Assembly: GCF_000026545.1 (NCBI RefSeq)
Contig: NC_011601.1
Reading direction: 5' to 3' (one strand)
Source: Escherichia coli O127:H6 str. E2348/69
Lineage (GTDB): Bacteria; Pseudomonadota; Gammaproteobacteria; Enterobacterales; Enterobacteriaceae
Length of the DNA stretch: 64,000 nt
Part shown: positions 7,210 to 17,361 of the stretch, piece after piece
Position numbering within the stretch: the first letter of the stretch is position 1
Layout: the number at the start of each line of letters is the position of its first letter
Notes under the pieces: model-generated
Told to the model about the DNA's origin: nothing
What the model saw: the letters and a program-made list of their open reading frames with translations, nothing else
The model's database searches: none
Program-made: the position numbers and the translations under genes

Positions 7210-7890
7210 ATGAGTGATTTTTATTCCCCTCTACCAAGCTATGATCTTGTCCGGGCAGCGGAGATGCTGACTGATAAGGGGGCAAATTGTACCGGTAACG
7301 ATTTATTGGAACTATGGAACCAAGGCGTTATCGAGTTGTGTTTTTCTCTGCCGGACTACATTGCTTGTGAAGATGTTAATTTTCCCGGGCATGGTCACAG
7401 CATTTTGTTATCCGTGGATCCGATTAGCTTCAACCTTTTCTGGCTAAATGTTGATTACCCACCGAACTTAAATGCTAACTTTTCTGTGAAAGAATATGGC
7501 TCAGATAGTGAATTCCATGAGCAGTCCCTATGGATACCAACAGAACCGCACTACAACACTCACCATGATAACGGGGAAGGGCTTTGCGAAGCGTTAAGGA
7601 ATACTTATGGCCGGGAAAATTTACGAATACCAGGTGTCGAATTGCAAAAGGTTTGGCGCTTTTTGATCGGTCAGCCTTATGAAAAAAAGCCAACGCCTGA
7701 GCGTATCACCGCTAAGCAATGCCGCTTTATCGTCGCATTACTCAGATCGTATAACCTGACTGACGATGATTTTAAGGGGAGCATTAGGGACCTGAGAATT
7801 AAGATATCTAACCGGATCCCTTCAATCGGTGATCCTGAAATCGATGATAATACCCTTACTGACTGGCTGAAGAAGGGAGGGGTTCGGTAG
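7210..7890 (+). CDS. Hypothetical protein, 226 aa, first gene of the rightward alpA operon
   Basis: It is an intact ORF after a 529-bp intergenic region. I recognise no family. Confidence 0.6.
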   Translation: MSDFYSPLPSYDLVRAAEMLTDKGANCTGNDLLELWNQGVIELCFSLPDYIACEDVNFPGHGHSILLSVDPISFNLFWLNVDYPPNLNANFSVKEYGSDSEFHEQSLWIPTEPHYNTHHDNGEGLCEALRNTYGRENLRIPGVELQKVWRFLIGQPYEKKPTPERITAKQCRFIVALLRSYNLTDDDFKGSIRDLRIKISNRIPSIGDPEIDDNTLTDWLKKGGVR

Positions 7891-7891
7891 C

Positions 7892-7928
7892 TGAGTTTTC
7901 ATAACTCCGATGAGTTTTCAATAACTCC
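7892..7928 (+). repeat. Tandem direct repeat TGAGTTTTCA(A)TAACTCC x2
   Basis: The copies are at 7892-7908 and 7911-7928 and differ by one extra A. They lie immediately after the 7890 stop. Confidence 0.7.
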
Positions 7929-7957
7929 CCCACCCGTAACCACCTACCCCGTAGCCT

Positions 7958-7993
7958 TGCGATTACCTTCTCACTCAATAGCAGGTAATCGCA
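7958..7993 (+). promoter_or_regulatory. Hairpin able to sequester the alpA SD and start codon
   Basis: There is a perfect 10-bp inverted repeat, TGCGATTACC (7958-7967) and GGTAATCGCA (7984-7993). The right arm contains the AGGTAA SD and the A of the ATG. Confidence 0.45.
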
Positions 7994-8205
7994 TGAAATC
8001 GCAAACTTTCACCTTTCCTACCAATGGCAACGCACGAGCCAAACAAGTGGCGCACTATCTTGGAGTGCATATCAGCACCGTATGGCGCTATGCAAAACGT
8101 CCTGATTTTCCAAAACCCCACCAGTTAACCGACGGCGTGACCGTCTTTGACGCCGCAGCTATTCGCCAATGGAACAAGCAAAAAACCGGGGGTGAGAATG
8201 CTTAA
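7993..8205 (+). CDS. alpA: AlpA-family (MerR-like HTH) phage/island regulatory protein, 70 aa
   Basis: RAKQVAHYLGVHISTVWRYAKRPDFPKPHQLTDGVTVFDAAAIRQWNKQK matches the AlpA/Vis-type pattern. Confidence 0.8.
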   Translation: MKSQTFTFPTNGNARAKQVAHYLGVHISTVWRYAKRPDFPKPHQLTDGVTVFDAAAIRQWNKQKTGGENA

Positions 8206-8259
8206 CGCGACCGTGAGCACACCCTGCACGACAGCCGTTCGATCTCCATTGTTGGCGGG

Positions 8260-8454
8260 TCAGGCTTTCGGCTCAATACCCAGCCGCTGGAGTTCTTTGC
8301 GCCCCAAGGTTTTCATCCAATTAGCTAAACTCATACCTGCATCTCGTGCGGCGGCCTCGAATTGCTCTTTCAATTCTGGGGCGATCCTCACTTGGAAAGC
8401 TGGTGCCTTTCCCCTGCCTTTGGGCTGTTTATCACGCTGTATTACTGTTGACAT
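8260..8454 (-). CDS. Ribbon-helix-helix (Arc/CopG-type) DNA-binding protein, 64 aa
   Basis: MSTVIQRDKQPKGRGKAPAFQVRIAPELKEQFEAAARDAGMSLANWMKTLGRKEL is a typical RHH signature. The start is chosen at the internal Met of track ORF 8260-8547. Confidence 0.65.
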   Translation of the reverse strand: MSTVIQRDKQPKGRGKAPAFQVRIAPELKEQFEAAARDAGMSLANWMKTLGRKELQRLGIEPKA

Positions 8455-8458
8455 GTAT

Positions 8459-8512
8459 GTACCTATTAAACTAAGATTCAAATCAATAGGTACGCACCTT
8501 AACATGTTAAGG
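8459..8512. promoter_or_regulatory. Divergent operator region: a 9-bp inverted repeat plus a 16-bp perfect palindrome
   Basis: GTACCTATT (8459-8467) pairs with AATAGGTAC (8485-8493). CCTTAACATGTTAAGG is at 8497-8512. Both lie between the RHH gene start (8454) and the rightward operon start (8589). Confidence 0.5.
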
Positions 8513-8588
8513 TCAGAAAAGACAACGCCCCGTAGTGCTCGCAACACATACGGGGCGTCTAACCAACAACGTTACGGAGACTAACGCT

Positions 8589-8789
8589 ATGGCTAAGCCG
8601 CAGTGTACCCAAACTCACCCCAAATATCAGTATCGTTTTATGGCGCTCGATCGCGCTGACCGCCAGGCAAAACCCTGCAAAATCATTGTTGAGGCCACCA
8701 GCGAGCATGAAGCACGTAAGGTGTTGGCACCTCACTACATCCTGTCACTGTCCGCCGTTTTGCCAGTTCAGGAGGTGAGCCATGTTTAA
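8589..8789 (+). CDS. Small protein, 66 aa, possibly Icd-like (host cell division inhibitor-like)
   Basis: The ATG has a GGAGA SD 8 nt upstream. MAKPQCTQTHPKYQYRFMALDRADRQAKPCKIIVEATSEHEARKVL resembles my memory of Icd-like proteins found upstream of primases in P4-like islands. This is unverified. Confidence 0.45.
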   Translation: MAKPQCTQTHPKYQYRFMALDRADRQAKPCKIIVEATSEHEARKVLAPHYILSLSAVLPVQEVSHV

Positions 8790-8976
8790 TGTCATTGTCA
8801 CGGTCACCTATCACTTTTCGGGAACGATCCGTCGTTTTGCTATTCCGGAACGTTTCAATAATCGTGAGCTCGCAGAGAAAGCGGCGCAGCAGTTAACCCA
8901 TACCAGCTATCTGGATGATGGAGTGAGCAGAATTGTGACCCACGCGGCGGAAGTAGTGGAGGTGCGCCATGTATGA
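8782..8976 (+). CDS. Hypothetical small protein, 64 aa
   Basis: Its start overlaps the previous stop by 8 nt (translational coupling). I recognise no family. Confidence 0.5.
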   Translation: MFNVIVTVTYHFSGTIRRFAIPERFNNRELAEKAAQQLTHTSYLDDGVSRIVTHAAEVVEVRHV

Positions 8977-9157
8977 CGCCTACCTGAACCCAAAGGACGC
9001 ACTCCGTCCGATCGCCGTTGCACTCGAGGCTGCGCAGTTTATCGCGCTTGACCCGGAGAATACCGATTTAGCCCATGAGCTGATCGCCTGGGCACTTGAA
9101 ACAGCCGCGCGTGCCTCAGCTGCGCAACGTAACACCCCGGAGGTGGACAATGCTTAA
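8969..9157 (+). CDS. Hypothetical small protein, 62 aa
   Basis: Its start overlaps the previous stop by 8 nt. I recognise no family. Confidence 0.5.
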   Translation: MYDAYLNPKDALRPIAVALEAAQFIALDPENTDLAHELIAWALETAARASAAQRNTPEVDNA

Positions 9158-9458
9158 TCTCAATACATGGAATCTTTTCACGCTGCCGCTGAACGGTGGC
9201 GCAGCTGAGACAGCGCCGGACGATCTGCGTCTGCTGGCCGCTGTGGGGGACGAGGCTCGCAACAACTACCTGCGCGGTGTAAGCGCCATCGGCAATCTGA
9301 TCTTCTGGGCATGTGATAACCCCAACTACACCGACCATCAAGCTGACCTGCCAGCGCTGGGCGCATTCCTGAAACATACCGCTGATATGGCGCGCGCTGC
9401 CGAATTCATGGCAGGACATCTGGACTCACTGGCTGACGGCAAAGAGGGAGGCAAATAA
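9150..9458 (+). CDS. Hypothetical protein, 102 aa
   Basis: The internal ATG at 9150 has a GGAGG SD and overlaps the previous stop (ATGCTTAA). I recognise no family. Confidence 0.5.
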   Translation: MLNLNTWNLFTLPLNGGAAETAPDDLRLLAAVGDEARNNYLRGVSAIGNLIFWACDNPNYTDHQADLPALGAFLKHTADMARAAEFMAGHLDSLADGKEGGK

Positions 9459-9679
9459 TGCCACGCAAACATCGCTCATCAAGCAACCTGATCAAATTAA
9501 TGGAACGCCAGAAAGGTATAGGGCGCGACGATATCCAGATCGCAGATAATCGCCCTACATTCATGCCGTACGAGCCGAACGGAACCTACGCTACAAACCG
9601 CCATACCCGCCGTATGCTACGCAAGCTCCACGGCATCCAGGCAAAAAGAATGTGTGATCTGAAAGGAGGTCAGAAATGA
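9458..9679 (+). CDS. Hypothetical basic small protein, 73 aa
   Basis: It overlaps the previous gene as TAATG, and its stop overlaps the primase start as ATGA. Confidence 0.5.
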   Translation: MPRKHRSSSNLIKLMERQKGIGRDDIQIADNRPTFMPYEPNGTYATNRHTRRMLRKLHGIQAKRMCDLKGGQK

Positions 9680-12090
9680 GTGGATTCGATCACCTGATGG
9701 AGCAGGGGCAGAAACGCACCCCTGCTCGTTTTACTGCAAATAGCTTTTCTGACCTGTGCAACGCTATTCTATCGCATCGTGTGCAAATTTCCATCACACA
9801 GGAAATGACGGATGAAGAACGGCGCAAAGAAAAGCAGAAACTGTACTGGTTCTCGGCAACTACCCAGCAGGACGGGCAGCGACGTAAACCCGAAAACATG
9901 GCACCGTGTGCTTTCGGTATGCTGGACATTGACGGCAGCACTCCCGGTGCAATCACAGCACTTGTACAGGTGTTCCGGCGATACTCAATGCTGGTGTACC
10001 AGACGGCCAGCTATACGACGGATGAACCTCGTCTGCGTATTGTGTGCGAGCTTTCCCGAGCGGTTGAATCTGACTACCGCCGAGCGACAGGCGAATCCAT
10101 AGAAACTTTGTTGATGCAGGAGGCTGGATTCTCATTCGCCAGCCTGGCGGATAAGAAAGCACGCTGGGAGAACGGCAGCGATTATGTTGTCTTTGACCGC
10201 AATGTATACGGCGCTCAAAGCTATTGCTACTGTCCACACACTGGAGCGAAAGCCCAGAATTACGCGGGCGCGGTAATCGACGTAGGGGCGTTACCGGAAC
10301 CCGCCCAGCCACCAGCGAAGGCGGCCAAAAGCAAGGCAAAGAAACAGCGCCAGCGTGACGCCGCGGCGGTAATAGATGCTGATTTTGACGATCTGAGCGC
10401 CGGACCGGATAACTTCCTTATCGCCGACCTGCGCAGCGCACTCTGGTTTCCCTCCATGCTGCAAAAGGCATGGGACAATGGGGCGTGGATTGAGCAGGGC
10501 TACCGCCTTGCATCTCTCAAAGGCACCGATTTTGAGGACGACGCGCGGCAACTGTGGGTCGAGTGGTCATTGACCGCAGCGGATGGCTGGCCTGATGAAG
10601 AACTTGATGAAGTCGCGGCACAACGCTGGAATGGTCTCGCCCCTGACAAAACCAGCTATAAAGCTATTTTTACTGATGCTCAGGCGCAGGGGTGGAATAA
10701 TCCGGGCAAATGGCGAGCAAAGGCCGCGTACATTGAGAAAATGGCCCCCAGCACACGCGGTGAACTGCTGGCGCAATATTACGGCAACGTATGCCTGAAA
10801 GCTGATGGCAACATGGTTTATCACTATACCGGGCAGGTGTGGGAGCACATCGCCGATGCCGAGTTGCGCCGCCAGCTTTCGCAGATTTTCAAAGATAACG
10901 GGGTCCCCTTTACACCGTACGAGGTTAAAAGCGCGATTGAGGCTATGGGAATGCTTCTGCCTTTAATGGGAGAAACTCCTCGTAACCTGATTGGCTTTGC
11001 CAACGGCGTTTATGATCTCGAGGCGCAGCGATTCCGCCCCCACTGCCCAGACGATTGGCTGACCAGCCATAACGGCGTTGAATACACGCAGCCGGTTAAA
11101 GGCGAAACCCTGAAAAACAATGCCCCAAACTTCTGGCGCTGGCTGCATCATTCCGCAGGGGGCGACTTCGACAAAATGGAGAGAATCAAAGCCGCTCTGT
11201 ATATGGTGCTGGCAAACCGCTACGACTGGCAACTGTTCATCGAGGTTACCGGTGCTGGTGGCAGTGGTAAAAGCGTGTTCACGGGTATTGCACGTATGCT
11301 GACGGGCGAACTACACGCCACCAGCGGCACAATGGAGGACATGGACACCGCGCGCGAACGCGCATCTTTTGTCGGCAAAAGCCTGATCACCCTACCCGAC
11401 CAAGCAACATATACGGGTTCCGGGCCGGGTATCAAGGCTATAACGGGCGGCGACGTGGTAAGGATCGACCCAAAGCACGAAAAGCCATTCCATACGGTTA
11501 TTCGCGCCGTTGTCATCGCAACAAACAACGAACCTATGCGTTTCACCGAACGACAAGGCGGGATATCGCGGCGCCGGGTTATTTTCCCGTTTAACCATGA
11601 AGTGCCGGAGGCGGAACGTGATCCCCATCTGCTCGATAAAATTAAAGCCGAACTGCCGGTAATCGTCCGTGGTCTGCTGATTGACTTCGAACAGCCAGGC
11701 AAAGCCAAATCGCTACTTATCGCGCAGCGTGATTCAGCGGAAGCGCTGCAGGTGAAGAACGATAACGACCCGATGTATGGCTTTTGCTCTTACCTGCTAG
11801 GTTTGCCGAATCCCGAGGGCATGTACATGGGCGATGGGCGCATGGCGCGAGAGCCACGCATCTACCTCTATCATGCTTATCTGGCCTATCTGGAAGCCTA
11901 CGGTTATCAGAGAACCCCCACCCTACCGAAGTTCAGCGGAGATTTACGGGACACGCTCAAAGCCTTTGGTATTACTCTGGACAGTAAAAAGAGTAAAAAG
12001 GGCAAAAGATATAACGTCAATTTGTCTGACAGGGCACAAGAATGGCTGGGAGAAGACGAACTCTCAGCTGTGCCCGACACATTGCAGTAA
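9676..12090 (+). CDS. P4 alpha-like replication protein: N-terminal primase-like domain, PriCT-2-like region, D5_N/SF3 helicase P-loop, 804 aa
   Basis: Walker A GAGGSGKS is at nt 11251-11274. The surrounding ...ANRYDWQLFIEVTGAGGSGKSVF...IKAITGGDVVRIDPKHEKPF...ATNNEPMRF...GGISRRRVIFPF matches the phage/plasmid primase P4-family C-terminal domain. A candidate DxD (LDIDG) is at nt 9925-9933. Confidence 0.85.
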   Translation: MSGFDHLMEQGQKRTPARFTANSFSDLCNAILSHRVQISITQEMTDEERRKEKQKLYWFSATTQQDGQRRKPENMAPCAFGMLDIDGSTPGAITALVQVFRRYSMLVYQTASYTTDEPRLRIVCELSRAVESDYRRATGESIETLLMQEAGFSFASLADKKARWENGSDYVVFDRNVYGAQSYCYCPHTGAKAQNYAGAVIDVGALPEPAQPPAKAAKSKAKKQRQRDAAAVIDADFDDLSAGPDNFLIADLRSALWFPSMLQKAWDNGAWIEQGYRLASLKGTDFEDDARQLWVEWSLTAADGWPDEELDEVAAQRWNGLAPDKTSYKAIFTDAQAQGWNNPGKWRAKAAYIEKMAPSTRGELLAQYYGNVCLKADGNMVYHYTGQVWEHIADAELRRQLSQIFKDNGVPFTPYEVKSAIEAMGMLLPLMGETPRNLIGFANGVYDLEAQRFRPHCPDDWLTSHNGVEYTQPVKGETLKNNAPNFWRWLHHSAGGDFDKMERIKAALYMVLANRYDWQLFIEVTGAGGSGKSVFTGIARMLTGELHATSGTMEDMDTARERASFVGKSLITLPDQATYTGSGPGIKAITGGDVVRIDPKHEKPFHTVIRAVVIATNNEPMRFTERQGGISRRRVIFPFNHEVPEAERDPHLLDKIKAELPVIVRGLLIDFEQPGKAKSLLIAQRDSAEALQVKNDNDPMYGFCSYLLGLPNPEGMYMGDGRMAREPRIYLYHAYLAYLEAYGYQRTPTLPKFSGDLRDTLKAFGITLDSKKSKKGKRYNVNLSDRAQEWLGEDELSAVPDTLQ

Positions 12091-12109
12091 CTTGTAAAAA
12101 ATCACCAAG

Positions 12110-12131
12110 AACCCCGTAAATCGGGGTTTTT
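12110..12131 (+). terminator. Rho-independent terminator after the primase gene
   Basis: AACCCCG-TAAAT-CGGGGTT is followed by a T-run, 20 nt after the stop. Confidence 0.75.
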
Positions 12132-12152
12132 GTCTATTTATTAGTCTGAAAG

Positions 12153-12254
12153 GGTGAACAGGTGCGCATACCTTAACAAAGCTGTTCACTCTAATAATTT
12201 TCTTTAATATCAGTACACTACCCGCAATAAGTGAACAGATGGACGGGGTGAACA
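12153..12254. repeat. Second iteron cluster (crr-like): four copies of GGTGAACA / TGTTCAC
   Basis: GGTGAACA is at 12153-12160 and 12247-12254. TGTTCACT is at 12183-12190. AGTGAACA is at 12230-12237. An AT-rich spacer lies between them. It is the same octamer family as 2637-2739. Confidence 0.6.
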
Positions 12255-12405
12255 CTTCACACCTATAGCGCGAAATATTTTAATATTTGCAGTTGAATTG
12301 CAATCCTTGAAAACAGAAACGCGTAGCAAAACGTAGAGTGCTGAAAAAATTTTGTTGGGGAGCAGTTCAAACTGCATGAGCAATTTTCAAGCACTCCTCT
12401 TTGTC

Positions 12406-12424
12406 TTGTACCCAAGACTGTACC
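12406..12424. repeat. attR core, direct repeat TTGTACCCAAGACTGTACC
   Basis: It is identical to 1282-1300. Confidence 0.85.
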
Positions 12425-12653
12425 CAATAGAAAAAATAGAAAATAAAAACTCAGCAATAGCAGCGATTGGTTACACTACTCAACATTCAGATTCAACTCG
12501 TAACGCCAATTCTTACTTTTCAGCCTTCACAAATGCCGCCCACTCAAACAGAGCGGCATTTTTCTTCCCCGCAACTTCAATTCTGTTTTGCGTGCCTGCT
12601 CCAGATTTTGCGATGTTTTTTTGCCCAGCGCAGTGAGAACGTGAGATACTCAC

Positions 12654-12673
12654 AACTGTATATAAACACAGTT
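12654..12673 (+). promoter_or_regulatory. LexA (SOS) box of dinD
   Basis: AACTGTATATAAACACAGTT fits CTGT-N8-ACAG and lies 44 nt upstream of the dinD start. Confidence 0.8.
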
Positions 12674-12716
12674 GTAGACTTACTTTCCTTGCAATCGATA
12701 TCACATGGAGTGGGCA

Positions 12717-13541
12717 ATGAACGAACATCATCAACCTTTTGAAGAGATAAAGCTGATTAATGCAAACGGAGCAGAACAATGGTCAGCAAGACAACTTGGG
12801 AAACTACTGGGTTATTCAGAGTATCGTCACTTTATACCTGTATTAACGCGCGCCAAAGAAGCTTGTCTGAATAGTGGTCACACAATTGATGACCATTTCG
12901 AGGAGATCCTCGATATGATCAAAATTGGCTCAAATGCCAAAAGAGCATTAAAAGACATCGTACTCTCCCGCTATGCCTGTTACCTGGTAGTACAAAACGG
13001 CGACCCTGCGAAACCGGTTATTGCGGCAGGGCAAACTTATTTTGCTATCCAGACCCGACGGCAGGAGCTGGCTGACGATGAAGCTTTCAGGCAACTTCGT
13101 GAAGACGAAAAGCGTCTTTTTCTGAGAAATGAGTTGAAAGAACATAACAAACAATTAGTTGAGGCAGCGCAGCAAGCTGGGGTAGCGACAGCTATCGATT
13201 TCGCCATATTTCAGAATCATGGTTACCGGGGGCTGTATGGTGGATTAGATCAGAAAGCCATCCATCAGCGGAAGGGGCTGAAAAAGAGTCAGAAGATCCT
13301 GGATCATATGGGTTCAACAGAACTGGCGGCTAATCTCTTTCGAGCTACCCAAACAGAAGAAAAACTCAAGCGGGATGGCGTGAATTCAAAACAGCAAGCT
13401 AACACCACACACTTTGACGTGGGTCGCAAGGTGAGGCAAACCATTCAGGAACTTGGCGGAACCATGCCTGAGGAGTTGCCGACCCCGCAGGTCAACATCA
13501 AGCAGTTGGAAAACAGTGTAAAAATTACAGAGAAGAAATAG
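12717..13541 (+). CDS. dinD: DNA-damage-inducible protein D, 274 aa
   Basis: MNEHHQPFEEIKLINANGAEQWSARQLGKLLGYSEYRHF... matches remembered K-12 DinD. The start is taken at the second Met of the track ORF. Confidence 0.9.
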   Translation: MNEHHQPFEEIKLINANGAEQWSARQLGKLLGYSEYRHFIPVLTRAKEACLNSGHTIDDHFEEILDMIKIGSNAKRALKDIVLSRYACYLVVQNGDPAKPVIAAGQTYFAIQTRRQELADDEAFRQLREDEKRLFLRNELKEHNKQLVEAAQQAGVATAIDFAIFQNHGYRGLYGGLDQKAIHQRKGLKKSQKILDHMGSTELAANLFRATQTEEKLKRDGVNSKQQANTTHFDVGRKVRQTIQELGGTMPEELPTPQVNIKQLENSVKITEKK

Positions 13542-13832
13542 CAGAAACTAAAAACTCTTTTTGTTGATTGAGATACCCGATGCGTAAGCCAAAGTCCAGG
13601 TGCGGTGAACACAATGGCTAAACATTGCACCTTTCTTTTCCACCCCTCAATTTTAACCTATTTTTTCTTATGCATTCTCTCAGACAAGAAGTCAGAAGAA
13701 TGCATCTACGCTACAGAAAATAGCGATTTCACATAACTACAAGTTATCAATTTCCTCTCACCTTAAAAAATCTCAATCGTGACAATACGCACAAATCGCT
13801 ACCCTGCCAGACAGATTTTTAGGGAGAGAACC

Positions 13833-16224
<2,392 letters not shown>

Positions 16225-16225
16225 G

Positions 16226-16265
<40 letters not shown>

Positions 16266-16266
16266 T

Positions 16267-17013
<747 letters not shown>

Positions 17014-17067
17014 ACCTGATTTCAGTATCATGCCCAGTCATTTCTTCACCTGTGGAGCTTTTTAAGT

Positions 17068-17343
17068 ATGGCACGCGTAACTGTTCAGGACGCTGTAGAG
17101 AAAATTGGTAACCGTTTTGACCTGGTACTGGTCGCCGCGCGTCGCGCTCGTCAGATGCAGGTAGGCGGAAAGGATCCGCTGGTACCGGAAGAAAACGATA
17201 AAACCACTGTAATCGCGCTGCGCGAAATCGAAGAAGGTCTGATCAACAACCAGATCCTCGACGTTCGCGAACGCCAGGAACAGCAAGAGCAGGAAGCCGC
17301 TGAATTACAAGCCGTTACCGCTATTGCTGAAGGTCGTCGTTAA
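17068..17343 (+). CDS. rpoZ: RNA polymerase omega subunit, 91 aa
   Basis: [31 protein letters not shown]... Confidence 0.95.
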
Positions 17344-17361
17344 TCACAAAGCGGGTCGCCC

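Larger units (their letters stand above)
1282..12424. mobile_element. P4-family satellite-like integrative island (int, AlpA, alpha-like primase-helicase, iterons), about 11.1 kb, inserted between yicC and dinD
   Basis: It is bracketed by perfect 19-bp direct repeats. It has a P4-type integrase at the left end and a primase-helicase at the right end, plus TGTTCACC-type iteron clusters. yicC and dinD are adjacent in K-12. Confidence 0.85.

Noticed and set aside
8147-8584. 145-aa plus-strand ORF spanning the RHH gene region
   Set aside because: It is antisense to the RHH ORF, which has a clear family signature. It has no SD, and its composition is typical of a shadow frame.
9690-11708. Numerous 60-160-aa ORFs on both strands inside the primase-helicase gene
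   Set aside because: All are nested in or antisense to an 804-aa ORF with clear P4-family helicase motifs.
1282-12424. Search for P2/P4 cos, sid/delta/psu, capsid or terminase genes in the island
   Set aside because: I found nothing resembling them by eye, so I did not call the element a complete P4 satellite or a PICI with packaging genes. Remote homologues would need profile searches.
12064-12742. Small ORFs (63-94 aa) between the primase stop and dinD
   Set aside because: The region contains the terminator, iterons, attR and the dinD promoter/LexA box. The ORFs lack SDs and are low-complexity.
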